IMG/VR virus record: IMGVR_UViG_3300036546_000398
Location: 1-30,271 of that record
Source: a virus
Taxonomy: Duplodnaviria; Caudoviricetes
Strand: one strand, 5' to 3'
DNA: 30,271 nt
Of this stretch, positions 16,124 to 24,994 are shown piece by piece. Numbering within the stretch: position 1 is the first letter of the stretch; each line of letters starts with the position of its first letter. The position numbers were made by a program, and so were the translations under genes. Below the pieces are notes generated by a model. The model did not search any database. It saw only the letters and a list, made by a program, of their open reading frames with translations, and was not told where the DNA came from.

Positions 16124-17164
16124 TTACCCAACACCGGTGCTGCCGTAACACAGCTGCCACAGACCGTAACCCGCCGCCCCGCGCGCTTCGGCGCCAAACT
16201 TATACTCACCACGGCTGAACACGTCATCAGCGTTCATGTCGGTCTGCTGTACGAAGACCGGTTTCTTACGGGGCTGGTAAATGAACGGCCGGATCGGCTT
16301 GGTGGTATCGAGCAAGAACCAGGCGGTATCCGAGGTCAACCGGGCATCAACCACAACCTCGGCGGTCCCCTTGTAAGGGTTGGCCTTGCCGTCATCCAGT
16401 CGGTCGTTGTTGATCAGCGCCAGGGCGATATGCTCCAGAGCCGGTGGTACCAAAAGCACGTTGGGAGTGATGTTCAGCGGGCGACCCTCATCATCCTTGA
16501 ACTTGCGCATGGCGGTACGGGCAGCGCCGTAGCTGGCAATGGCAGCCGCCTGCGTTGCACACGAAAGCGCGACGGTCCCCTTGTTGCTGATGCTTGCCGG
16601 ATCACCCGTGGCCGGGTTGATGACCGGATGATCGGTGTCACAGAAATACTGGCCGTCGAAACAAAGGCTGGTGAAACTGCCATTTACCACGTCCATCACC
16701 AGTTCGTCAGGCCACTGTTTGGCGCTAAAACCGGCCATCTGCGCCTGCGGGGCATAGATGCCGAGATTATCGTCCTCGATGTCGTTGCGGCGCACGCCGA
16801 CCGTGGCCTCAAAGTCATCGTTGACCAAGGTGTACTTGAACGCCTTGAGAGCCTTGACGACCTTTTCTCCGAGCCACTTGCGCATACGAGGGAAATTATC
16901 GATCCAGGCGTAGTCGTTTTGGCTTCCGGTCGAGGGTACCTCCATGGCGATTTTTTGCCATACGCTGGGAGCAGCGTCGAAGGCCTTGGCGAAAGTCGTC
17001 TTCAGGTTGATAAAAATGCTGCTGATGGTGCTGGCATTAATAAGCAGGGCTAGCCCAACACCTCCGGAGGCTGTGCCTGGTCCGACCAAGCCAGACCATC
17101 TCAGGCAGCCCACGCCGACCAGCAGCAGAATCCAGACAAACATGTCGTAACGGGTATGTTTCAT
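16124..17164 (-). CDS. Mu-like major head subunit gpT, with an extra ~39-aa hydrophobic N-terminal leader
   Basis: VPSTGSQNDYAWI..FPRMRKWLGEK, FEATV.V.RNDIEDDNLGIY, CFDGQYFCDTDHP, AWFLLDTTKPIRPFIYQ.R; ATG at 17164 with GGAGG. Confidence 0.93.
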   Translation of the reverse strand: MKHTRYDMFVWILLLVGVGCLRWSGLVGPGTASGGVGLALLINASTISSIFINLKTTFAKAFDAAPSVWQKIAMEVPSTGSQNDYAWIDNFPRMRKWLGEKVVKALKAFKYTLVNDDFEATVGVRRNDIEDDNLGIYAPQAQMAGFSAKQWPDELVMDVVNGSFTSLCFDGQYFCDTDHPVINPATGDPASISNKGTVALSCATQAAAIASYGAARTAMRKFKDDEGRPLNITPNVLLVPPALEHIALALINNDRLDDGKANPYKGTAEVVVDARLTSDTAWFLLDTTKPIRPFIYQPRKKPVFVQQTDMNADDVFSRGEYKFGAEARGAAGYGLWQLCYGSTGVG

Positions 17165-17193
17165 AATGTTTTTAACCTCCAGTAAATGGTGTA

Positions 17194-17592
17194 TTAACCG
17201 ATGTCGACCCAGACACCGTCGCTTTCGACGCTCAGGCATTTACCGGCTACGATGTCGTTGGTCGGGCCGGCGGCCACGGCTACGGTTTCGTCGTCCTCGA
17301 CATAGACGTTGCTGCCGACACTGGCCTGCACGACCGGGTTGGTGGCCGAGTTTTTGAGTTTGAAAACCTTGCCACGCCGAATCCGCGCCGACAGGTCTCC
17401 ATCGGCTCCAGCCGAGTTGTCGACGGTTTCATCGGCAATGCCCATGACGATGGTCGATGCCGTATCGGCCGCCGGGGTGGCGTAGCCGTCTGCTCCAACC
17501 GAAACCATCTTGCCTGCTTCGACCTTGGTGCTGGCGGCAACTTTCAGGGGGATAAGCTCGCCGTCCTTGTACGGGGTATTGCGTTCAGACAT
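17194..17592 (-). CDS. Head decoration/cement-like protein
   Basis: SD GAGGAGG; 132 aa between protease and capsid genes; VYVEDDETV...AGK motif. Confidence 0.7.
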   Translation of the reverse strand: MSERNTPYKDGELIPLKVAASTKVEAGKMVSVGADGYATPAADTASTIVMGIADETVDNSAGADGDLSARIRRGKVFKLKNSATNPVVQASVGSNVYVEDDETVAVAAGPTNDIVAGKCLSVESDGVWVDIG

Positions 17593-17624
17593 GTTATGCC
17601 TCCTCTAAAAGGTTGGGCTTGGCG

Positions 17625-18122
17625 TTACGCCTCGCCGTATTGTTTCAGATCCTCGGCCGAGTTGCCGAACATGCCGGCAATCTTCTGCTCTTCGGAATTC
17701 AACGCCTTGCCACCTTGCTCGGGCGATTTAGTATCCAGGTCGGATGGATCGCCGACCACAGGCGCGGCCGCGACAAACTTGCGGAACTGTTCCAGCCCGC
17801 CGTCCTGCCGACACATGGCCACATAAAATTCCTTGGTCGCCGGGGTAATCTTGCCCGCCTTCATGGCCGCGTCGACCTCGGCATTGAGGGCGGTTTCCAG
17901 TTCGGCTTTTTTCTGGTCGGCCAACTGGGTCTCGGCGTTGGAAGCCCGCAGCAAAACGGCGTCGTAATCGCCACGCGGGACAAACTTGTCGAGGCTTGGG
18001 GTTTCGGCCCGGTTGAGGGCGGTCTGCAGATTACCCTGCAGTGTGCCGATGGCGTTGAGGGCCTGCTCGATGGTGGCCGTCTCGGGCAACCCGAGTTTGG
18101 CCAGCAATGCTTTCAGATCCAT
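17625..18122 (-). CDS. Scaffold protein (Mu gpZ-like) from an internal in-frame start within I
   Basis: AAGGAG (18134-18129) 6 nt before ATG of MDLKALLAKLGL; helical Ala/Glu-rich 165 aa. Confidence 0.7.
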   Translation of the reverse strand: MDLKALLAKLGLPETATIEQALNAIGTLQGNLQTALNRAETPSLDKFVPRGDYDAVLLRASNAETQLADQKKAELETALNAEVDAAMKAGKITPATKEFYVAMCRQDGGLEQFRKFVAAAPVVGDPSDLDTKSPEQGGKALNSEEQKIAGMFGNSAEDLKQYGEA

Positions 18123-18629
18123 GGTGTGCTCCTTGTTTTCCTGGTTAAGGGCCAATACGTTCAAATTCGGCTTATTGGTCAGGCCGACCGACGCGATGCC
18201 GCGAATGGTCAGCGAGTCTTTTTCGTAGATCAGCACGGTGGAGTAGTAACGGTACTCCCGGTTCTTGATCAGCTCGGAGCCTTTTGGCGTCCACTCGATC
18301 ACCCCCCATACGGCACCGCCATCACGCACGCTCAGGGCTTTGATCCACCCCATCGCCGGGGCCGCATCGCCCTTGGGCGCCTTGAGTTCGGTGGCGTGCT
18401 CAACGTCGATCGGCACATCGATCCCTCGGCCGTCGAAATAATCGATCACGCCCTGGGGCTGTCGGTTGTACCAGAACCGCCCGTCGCGACCCTGCACCAC
18501 CTCCCCGGGGGGGATCAACGGCAGCTCGGCGGGGAGATCCTCTCCTGCTGCCAACTCGAAATTTAAGGCGGCCGCCAAGCAATCGTCAGGCAACCCGGCT
18601 GCGTTGAGTGCGATATGAAAGATATGCAT
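17625..18629 (-). CDS. Mu-like prohead protease I
   Basis: GRDGR, PIDVEHAT, APAMGWI, EWTPKG..LI..REYRYYS, LTNKPNL motifs; SD AGGGG. Confidence 0.92.
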   Translation of the reverse strand: MHIFHIALNAAGLPDDCLAAALNFELAAGEDLPAELPLIPPGEVVQGRDGRFWYNRQPQGVIDYFDGRGIDVPIDVEHATELKAPKGDAAPAMGWIKALSVRDGGAVWGVIEWTPKGSELIKNREYRYYSTVLIYEKDSLTIRGIASVGLTNKPNLNVLALNQENKEHTMDLKALLAKLGLPETATIEQALNAIGTLQGNLQTALNRAETPSLDKFVPRGDYDAVLLRASNAETQLADQKKAELETALNAEVDAAMKAGKITPATKEFYVAMCRQDGGLEQFRKFVAAAPVVGDPSDLDTKSPEQGGKALNSEEQKIAGMFGNSAEDLKQYGEA

Positions 18630-18681
18630 GATTCCCCTTCTCCGTGGTGGGCGGCAAAACCGGATCGCATGTCTAACCCGC

Positions 18682-18705
18682 AACCCCATTTAAACCCCGT
18701 TTAAA
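18682..18705. promoter_or_regulatory. AT-rich tandem repeat upstream of I (candidate late-promoter/regulatory site)
   Basis: AACCCCATTTA-AACCCCGTTTA-AA; two TTTAAA palindromes 11 bp apart, at the position of Mu PI. Confidence 0.5.
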
Positions 18706-18779
18706 TTTGCGCCTGTTGCCTTATTTTTAAAAAGACGGCCCATTGTGCGGTCTTACCTGTTGCGTCGATTCTGGGGCGA

Positions 18780-19322
18780 TTATTTCAAGGCCATGTCGAT
18801 GTGATCCTCGATGATGGCCAGGATCTCTTTCTTGTCCTCTTCGCTGATCCCCAAAAACGGCCGGGCCGGCATGTGCTGCTGTAATGTGTAAGGCTCAATG
18901 CGAGCCCACACCGGGTGCTTTAACGGCTGACCAAAGGCTGTCTTGATCAGCCGGGTATGGGCGGGGATGTTCACCTGACCGTAAAAACCGAACTGGTGGA
19001 TCGCGGCATACGGAACATTGGTGCCGACTTCGACTGAGTCCTTGCCGGCTTCTGGATGGATCGAACCCCGCAACCGATGGCTTTCGGTTAGCACTTTCGG
19101 ATGTTTCTTCCGCTCCCTGGTGGCGGCACTGACCTCCGGCCACTTCTGTCCGTCCGGACCTGTTTCACTGTCAAACCGCTGTTCGGTGGCCTGAACCATG
19201 TATTCGCCTATGTTCTTCATGGCCGGGGTTAAATCGCCAGTCGCCTTGACCAGGCGCTTTAGGGCGTCCTGAATCTCCCGATCGTCAATCGCTACTGTGA
19301 TTTTTAGTCCCGCTCCAGACAT
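18780..19322 (-). CDS. Phage virion morphogenesis protein (Mu gpG-like)
   Basis: RFDSETGPDGQKW, VGTNVPYAAIHQFG, MPARPFLGIS motifs. Confidence 0.92.
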   Translation of the reverse strand: MSGAGLKITVAIDDREIQDALKRLVKATGDLTPAMKNIGEYMVQATEQRFDSETGPDGQKWPEVSAATRERKKHPKVLTESHRLRGSIHPEAGKDSVEVGTNVPYAAIHQFGFYGQVNIPAHTRLIKTAFGQPLKHPVWARIEPYTLQQHMPARPFLGISEEDKKEILAIIEDHIDMALK

Positions 19323-19323
19323 A

Positions 19324-19352
19324 TTGACTTTTCCTTAATCAGCCTTTAGGAT
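19324..19352 (+). promoter_or_regulatory. Antisense sigma70 promoter facing the 3' end of the MuF gene
   Basis: TTGACT (19324-19329), 17 bp, TAGGAT (19347-19352). Confidence 0.7.
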
Positions 19353-19357
19353 TGAAT

Positions 19358-19431
19358 ATGCAGGCGACGGTTGGGCTGTGCCCCGATAACCGATTGCCGG
19401 GCGACGTGATCTGCACGGAGGTCATAGTCTC
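19358..19431 (+). ncRNA. Candidate structured small RNA downstream of the antisense promoter
   Basis: Nested stems GGCGA/TTGCC, CGGTT/AACCG, GGGC/GCCC, closed by TGCA(G)/(C)TGCA; G-U pairs favour the + strand; 3' end unknown. Confidence 0.45.
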
Positions 19432-20629
19432 AGTCCCTTCCATACACCAGCCTTCCCTTGCGCAAGTTTTTCAAACCGCTCACGCTCCCCCGAAACATAT
19501 CGCCGCTGACCCAGTGGCCGTTTTCGATCTCGGCATACAAGCCCAACACCCGATCCTTATCCAGGCTCACTAGCTTGACGTATTTTCGCCGCAGGGCCAC
19601 CCGGCCGGATAACTGGCTTTGCGCAAAATTGATCCAGATCTCCTGCGGATCCTCAATAAGCTCGCGAATCAGGGGGAAGTAAGCATCACGGCCGTCCCAG
19701 CGGGAGTCCGGTTTTGCAAGGATGTGGTCGACCAGGGCCTGGGTCACCCGGACCGGCGTGCCGGTCGGGTCGGAGATATCGGCAGCATCCCCTCCGATAG
19801 CCGACCTAAGAGACTTCCGCAAACCTGCCTCATCGCCTTTTGGTACCGGATGACCAAGCCTGGCCACCGCACGATCTGCGCTCAGCTTGGCCGGCCGGCC
19901 AGCCATCTTCGGACCCCACGGGTGCAAATCGTTCCACGGCCCCAGATCCTCCATCAGTCGCGTCGCTTCGTTGCGGCCCCAGGCGGCCTCGCCAACGTTG
20001 TAATCCCAGCCTTTGCCGATCCCTTCAGGCGCGCCGGTTTTCGGATCGATGGTCACATGGGGGGCTTGATCTGGATCGTCCTTGCCCAGCTTCTGTAGCT
20101 GCCGCTTACTTAGCGCTTCGACAAAGCACTTGCAGCCCCAGTCGTTTGGCGGATAGTGGGTTTGCCACCAGGGATCGTCCGCGGCCAACACCAGCCCGTC
20201 CCAGGCCAGATGCTGCAGCCTCGGCTGGCGGCTATCGCCGTGGCGATAACGCCAGTAAGGGCGATAGCTGGCCACGTCCGGATCGGTCATCTGAGCATGA
20301 CGGCCCGCTTGGTGAGCAGTGCGCAGGTTGGTCTCAAAAATCACCCGGCTGCGCCATCCGCGACTGCCGTTGTAGCTCCATCCATGGGTGGCCACGATGC
20401 GATCGAAATCCTTGCGAAAGCTCTCCAATGTGCCGCCGCTTTCCAGAGCCTTGTCGATGGCGCCGCGAAAATCGGCTAACAGCGCATCGCGTTGAGCGCC
20501 GGCAATCATGAACCCGCGCGCGTGCATGTCTTTCCACAGGTCGTCCCAGCGCCGAGTAGGGATGTTGACCTTTTGGCGGAAAAAAGCGATCGCCTCTTTA
20601 AATGGAAGATCAACTGCCGTTACACTCAT
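19430..20629 (-). CDS. Mu gpF-like minor head protein with a C-terminal RelE/barnase-like (PBECR-type) nuclease-fold extension
   Basis: MuF motifs IFETNLRTAHQAGR, PRLQHLAWDG, DDPWWQTHYPPNDWGCKC, GWDYNVG; extra ~170 aa with DHI...GRDAY..LI.E.IEDPQEIW...RRKYVK and terminal RKGRLVYGR. Confidence 0.82.
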   Translation of the reverse strand: MSVTAVDLPFKEAIAFFRQKVNIPTRRWDDLWKDMHARGFMIAGAQRDALLADFRGAIDKALESGGTLESFRKDFDRIVATHGWSYNGSRGWRSRVIFETNLRTAHQAGRHAQMTDPDVASYRPYWRYRHGDSRQPRLQHLAWDGLVLAADDPWWQTHYPPNDWGCKCFVEALSKRQLQKLGKDDPDQAPHVTIDPKTGAPEGIGKGWDYNVGEAAWGRNEATRLMEDLGPWNDLHPWGPKMAGRPAKLSADRAVARLGHPVPKGDEAGLRKSLRSAIGGDAADISDPTGTPVRVTQALVDHILAKPDSRWDGRDAYFPLIRELIEDPQEIWINFAQSQLSGRVALRRKYVKLVSLDKDRVLGLYAEIENGHWVSGDMFRGSVSGLKNLRKGRLVYGRD

Positions 20630-22185
20630 GCTTCGTCCTCTACGTCGGCACGGCCCTGCAACTCCGCCAGAACCAACGCCTGGGCCAGAGCCTGCCCGGT
20701 GGACTCCAGCGCCATGTCCGGATACAGATCCAGCAGCCGGTCGCGGACCTCCTCCAGGCTGGCCGCTTCGGTCAACAATCCATACACGGCCTCAACCAGG
20801 TCGCTACCGTCATTTAGATCCAAGGCTTTGGCGGCAAGTTCACCGACCCCACCATCGACACCCTGCTCGCGGTTATGTGCCCGGTTCATGGCTGGTTCAG
20901 GTTTCGCGTCTTGCTCCGGTTCCGTTTCAGTGGCAGGCGGACCGAGCAGATCCTCCGGTTTGGCTTTCGGGTCCGGATCGGGGATGCTGAGTTTGTCGCG
21001 CACCACGCTCTGCTCGACCTTCAGTCCCAGGGGCACCAGTTTTTCCAGAGCGTTGACCAGGGCGGTGAGGTCTTCCGACTCGGCCGCGCGCAGCTGCAGG
21101 CTCGGGTAGTTCTCCTGCGGGCCATAATTAAGATCGATATAAGCTTTGATCAGATCGCGGCCCAGAGTCTCTTCGAGTTGCTCGGCGTCATCGTCGCGGA
21201 TATCGTCGCGCACCTCCGCCTGCAGCTTTTCATCGCCCAGCTTGCCCGGCGTGCCGCTGGCGCTGGCGGTCTGCCCCAAGATGCCCTTGCTCACCTGCGC
21301 ATCGAGGTACTCGGCCAGGCGCTGGTAAAAATCGGCCGAGCTGTTTTTGCCGGCCTCCACCAGCTCGATCATCATCGACTCGGGGAACACCGCCGCCGCA
21401 TCGCTGCCCAGGTTGGCCACGGCACTCTTGAGCACGGCGATATCGTCGTTGCTGGCGCCACTGCGGTATTTGCCCATGCGCAGCGGCATGCCGAAAACCT
21501 CGGCAAACGCCAGCCAGTCCTTGACCGTATAGCCCTTGCACATGTACGCCCAGCTGGCCAGACGCGCCAGACCACCCCGGATCGGCAGGCCGGTCTTGAT
21601 GCGTGGCACATGCACGATATAACCGAAAGGCGACAATGGCAGGCCGTCGAGCATGTCGGCTTCATCGCGCAGACGCACCTCGCTGCGGGTAGCCTGGTCG
21701 AACTGAAAGAAACGCGGGTCGCGGTGCTTATAGGCCGCAGGCTTCCAGGTCGATCCGGAGCGATCCCATATAATTTCAGCGACGCTGTAACCTTTGCCCA
21801 GGGCGTCGAGCAGATCTTTGATCAGGCTGCGAAACCCCGGCTTGCGCACCAAGCCGCGCACCGCGTCGGCCAGCTTGACGTCTTGGCTGCTGTCGCTGTA
21901 GGCCTCGACGCTGATCGGCAGGCGAGACACGGCCAGCTTGCGCTTGGACAGCTCGGAAGCGTAGTGCAGGTCGCGCTCCTCCATCTCCTCGGCCAAGGTC
22001 AGGTACTCGTAGTGATCGCCCTCGGCGGCCGCTTGCAGCAGACCGGCCAGGCGCTGCGGGGTGAGGCCGCTGGCGACCGTGTCGGTCCAGACCGTGCGGA
22101 TGCCGGTGAGCGCCGGCGCGGCTTTTTCTCGGGTCAGTTCCCGGGTAATGACCGGGCGGCCGTATGCGTCATAAAGAGGGGCCAT
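20626..22185 (-). CDS. Portal protein (Mu gp29/DUF935)
   Basis: LAEEMEERDLHY, LDALGKGYSVAEIIW, FAEVFGMPLRMGKY, SKGILGQT. Confidence 0.93.
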   Translation of the reverse strand: MAPLYDAYGRPVITRELTREKAAPALTGIRTVWTDTVASGLTPQRLAGLLQAAAEGDHYEYLTLAEEMEERDLHYASELSKRKLAVSRLPISVEAYSDSSQDVKLADAVRGLVRKPGFRSLIKDLLDALGKGYSVAEIIWDRSGSTWKPAAYKHRDPRFFQFDQATRSEVRLRDEADMLDGLPLSPFGYIVHVPRIKTGLPIRGGLARLASWAYMCKGYTVKDWLAFAEVFGMPLRMGKYRSGASNDDIAVLKSAVANLGSDAAAVFPESMMIELVEAGKNSSADFYQRLAEYLDAQVSKGILGQTASASGTPGKLGDEKLQAEVRDDIRDDDAEQLEETLGRDLIKAYIDLNYGPQENYPSLQLRAAESEDLTALVNALEKLVPLGLKVEQSVVRDKLSIPDPDPKAKPEDLLGPPATETEPEQDAKPEPAMNRAHNREQGVDGGVGELAAKALDLNDGSDLVEAVYGLLTEAASLEEVRDRLLDLYPDMALESTGQALAQALVLAELQGRADVEDEA

Positions 22186-23691
22186 TTACCAGAGTCCTTT
22201 TCCCCGGCCAAGACCGGCGGTTGTGCGTATCGGGCGCGGCAGTTCGTCGTTGCGGCGCACCGGGTGATAGGCGTATTCGACTGCGTCCATAAGACTGGCG
22301 TAATACGCCATGGCGATGGCTATGGCGGCGTCGCCGTGGCGGTTTTTGTTATCGCCGGTCTTACCTTCCGGCAACCGTGGAATGCCCTTGACCACCTGCA
22401 GGGCCCGCAGATCATCGAGCACCTCGCGGTCACGCGGAAGGGTAAGCAGGTCGTCCTCGAATGAAGCCTTGAGCTTGGGCATGTTCTCCAGGTACCAGGA
22501 CTGGCTGAGCATCACGCATTCGATGCGGCCGGAGCCGTAGCGGTAGGCGGTCTGCTCGGCCAGGTACTGGCCGTTGCCGCGAGCATCGAGGGCACCTGCC
22601 TGCAGCCTCGGAAGCCGGTCGGCAATGGTGTTCAGCACCTGCTCCTGCTGCTTGAACGGCACGTTGCGCAGCTCGACCAGGAAGGGCACGCGCCGGCGCA
22701 GATCCTGCCCGATGGCCATGGGCGCGATCACGGTCAAATCGCCGACACGCCCAAAGTCTTCCCCGAATACGTGCGATTCTTTCGGGTCGAGCTTGACCAG
22801 GTGGGGCTTGATGTTCGCCTCGCACCAGTCGCGCATCTCGGCCTCGCGGAGATGCTCGGGCCAGCCGTTGAACTCTTCCGATCCCTCGTAGCGCAAGACT
22901 GGCGCCTCTACCATGCGCGATTCGATCAGAGCGCGTGAGAGATAAGCGCCGCCGCCGCTCTTGGGCACGCAGTAGTATTCCTCCAGGGCGTCCTCGCGGG
23001 TGGCCGTGTCGCGCAGCAGATTTTCTTTCCACCCGTCTTCATCCGCCTGGCTCCACGCTACCCCGCGTACCTGGCAGATACGTTTGTAGAGGCCATCGAT
23101 GCAGGCGTCGTCCAAGGTGATGCGATGCACGCTGTAGCGCTTCTTTCCGGAGCGGCTGTCCTGGATGATCTCGTTAAACAGGTTCTCCACGCCGTTATGG
23201 GTGCTGATCAGGCGCACCTTGGCGCCCCACATGGTCAGCGCCAGGGCGGCCTTGAGGACTTCTGCCAATTGCTCGTGAAAGGCGGCCTCGTCAATGGTCA
23301 CGTTGCCTTGCCGCCCGCGCATATTGGAGGGACGGGAGCTGAGCGCCTGGATCTTAAAGCCGCTCAAAAAGCGAATGGTATAGGTGAGGATGTCCTTGTC
23401 TTCGTCCTCGAAGATCTCTTCCTCGATCTCCCCGGCGGCCCGGTTGAACATCTTGGCCCACATGGCACAGGCGTCGATGAACTCAAGGGCCATCTCTTTG
23501 TTGGAGCCAACGTAGAAATGGTTGGTGCCACCGGCGCTCTTCGCGGCGCTGGCAGAGAGCACAGCATCGGACGCTTCAGCCCAGGTAAGACCGGTACGGC
23601 GGCTCTTCTCGGCGATCTTGAGTTGCGCCTCGTCGGCGACCCAGCGCTTCTGGTACGGCAGCAGTACGGATTCGGACAGGGCGGCGGTCAT
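22186..23691 (-). CDS. Terminase large subunit (Mu gp28-like)
   Basis: LLPYQKRW, Walker A-like EKSRRTGLTW, Walker B VTIDEAAFH, ISTHNG, nuclease GEDFGR and HGD motifs. Confidence 0.95.
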   Translation of the reverse strand: MTAALSESVLLPYQKRWVADEAQLKIAEKSRRTGLTWAEASDAVLSASAAKSAGGTNHFYVGSNKEMALEFIDACAMWAKMFNRAAGEIEEEIFEDEDKDILTYTIRFLSGFKIQALSSRPSNMRGRQGNVTIDEAAFHEQLAEVLKAALALTMWGAKVRLISTHNGVENLFNEIIQDSRSGKKRYSVHRITLDDACIDGLYKRICQVRGVAWSQADEDGWKENLLRDTATREDALEEYYCVPKSGGGAYLSRALIESRMVEAPVLRYEGSEEFNGWPEHLREAEMRDWCEANIKPHLVKLDPKESHVFGEDFGRVGDLTVIAPMAIGQDLRRRVPFLVELRNVPFKQQEQVLNTIADRLPRLQAGALDARGNGQYLAEQTAYRYGSGRIECVMLSQSWYLENMPKLKASFEDDLLTLPRDREVLDDLRALQVVKGIPRLPEGKTGDNKNRHGDAAIAIAMAYYASLMDAVEYAYHPVRRNDELPRPIRTTAGLGRGKGLW

Positions 23692-24296
23692 GCAATCCCC
23701 AGTATTTCGCGCTTGATGGCGTCGATGGTGTCACGGCTCATGCCCTGGCCTGCGAGGGTCTTGTCCGCCACGTCGGCGGCGGCTTCGGCGGCCTGCTTGC
23801 GGATTTCGGTCTCTCGCTCCACGTTCAGATTGGCGGCCTTCTCCAGGCGCATCGAGGTTAGGGCCAAATCCTTCAGCATGCCCACCACGGCCGGGGCGCT
23901 CTCCTCATCGAGACTGCCGCTTTGCATAAACAGCGTCACGTCAAAGCTGAGCGTGCGCAGGATCTCGTTGATCAGATTGCCGACCTTGCCCTGGGGCGCA
24001 GCGCCCAGCTTGTTGATCCAGCGATCGGCGACCTCGCGGGATTGCCGCAGCCGCTCACCGACATCGCGCATCTGCAGGTCGTATCGATTTACCGCCGACT
24101 TGCTGACCCGCTCGGGGCAGGCCGGATCGAGCACCTCCGGATCCCCGGCTGCGCGCAGCTTGGCGAGGATCGCGTTGACCTGGTCAACCGCCTGCAGCTG
24201 GGTAATACGCGGGTTGTCCAGCATCGATTGCAGCTGCTGACGGACCCCGGCAGGCAGCAGATCGACGGTGGACGGCTGGCGGCGTTTGCGACCCAT
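23688..24296 (-). CDS. Mu gp27-like DUF3486 protein (putative terminase small subunit)
   Basis: STVDLLP...VSKSAVNRY motif; TAATG overlap; precedes the terminase. Confidence 0.85.
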   Translation of the reverse strand: MGRKRRQPSTVDLLPAGVRQQLQSMLDNPRITQLQAVDQVNAILAKLRAAGDPEVLDPACPERVSKSAVNRYDLQMRDVGERLRQSREVADRWINKLGAAPQGKVGNLINEILRTLSFDVTLFMQSGSLDEESAPAVVGMLKDLALTSMRLEKAANLNVERETEIRKQAAEAAADVADKTLAGQGMSRDTIDAIKREILGIA

Positions 24297-24595
24297 TAGC
24301 GGCACCCTGGGCCGGGGCGTTTGACGCCTGGCACAATGACGCGACCGGCGGCGACATCGCCACCCCTGCCGGTGAGAGTGGCCACCATATAGCCGGCTGC
24401 ATCGCGCAACGTGATAAGCCCTTGTTCTTCAAGCCAGGTCAGTTCGGTGCGGATGCGATCCCGGCTGACGCTGTGACCGTAATAATCCAGAGCCGACTGC
24501 AAAACAGCCTCGTTGTGGCTGTATCCGGCATCTCCGGCCAAGGCCAGCAGCAGACTGCGACGGATGTCGGCAGTGACCAATTCCGAAAAACTCAT
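24296..24595 (-). CDS. Mu gp26-like winged-helix protein
   Basis: VSRDRIRTELTWLEEQGL...LTGRGGDVAAG...PGVKRP motif. Confidence 0.85.
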   Translation of the reverse strand: MSFSELVTADIRRSLLLALAGDAGYSHNEAVLQSALDYYGHSVSRDRIRTELTWLEEQGLITLRDAAGYMVATLTGRGGDVAAGRVIVPGVKRPGPGCR

Positions 24596-24994
24596 TTACT
24601 TATCCCTCCCGAGCAACTGTTCAAGCACCAGATTGAGTTGATGGCGGCTGGCCTTCATCTCGCCGCCGAGTTCCTTAACCAGACCAAGCACATCATCCAT
24701 CCTGGCGTGCACGCGGCCGATGTCGGCCTGACTTGGCAAGTGGTGCACCTCGGTCTGCAAACGACCCAGACCACCTTCGAGGCTGCCGGTACGTTCTTGA
24801 TGCCGCGAGCAACGCGCCTCGCGATCGGCCATAATCTTCTGCATCTCTTCGCGGCTTTGCTTTTCGGCAACGCTGGTCTCAAGAGTTTTAAACCGCTTGG
24901 CATTTACCTTTTCGCGATTGACCCAAACGGTGTAGACAAAAAACGCCAAGAGAAGTACGTCGCGAAAGATTTCATAGGCCAGTTTCCAATCCAC
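24596..24994 (-). CDS. Mu gp25-like (DUF2730-like) membrane/coiled-coil protein
   Basis: N-terminal TM segment, coiled coil, HLPSQADI motif; synteny; GTG start. Confidence 0.65.
   Translation of the reverse strand: MDWKLAYEIFRDVLLLAFFVYTVWVNREKVNAKRFKTLETSVAEKQSREEMQKIMADREARCSRHQERTGSLEGGLGRLQTEVHHLPSQADIGRVHARMDDVLGLVKELGGEMKASRHQLNLVLEQLLGRDK

Noticed and set aside
17165-17239. Longer upstream starts in the ORF track (capsid 17239; also 18689, 14942, 6862, 3183, 29979)
   Set aside because: Most overlap upstream genes and they lack SDs; downstream ATGs have SDs or stop/start overlaps.
3533-24240. Long + strand ORFs (e.g. 3533-5095, 6574-7836, 11048-12313, 12767-14137, 20875-22464, 23125-24240)
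   Set aside because: Antisense shadows of GC-rich phage genes, with no recognisable motifs or SD sequences.
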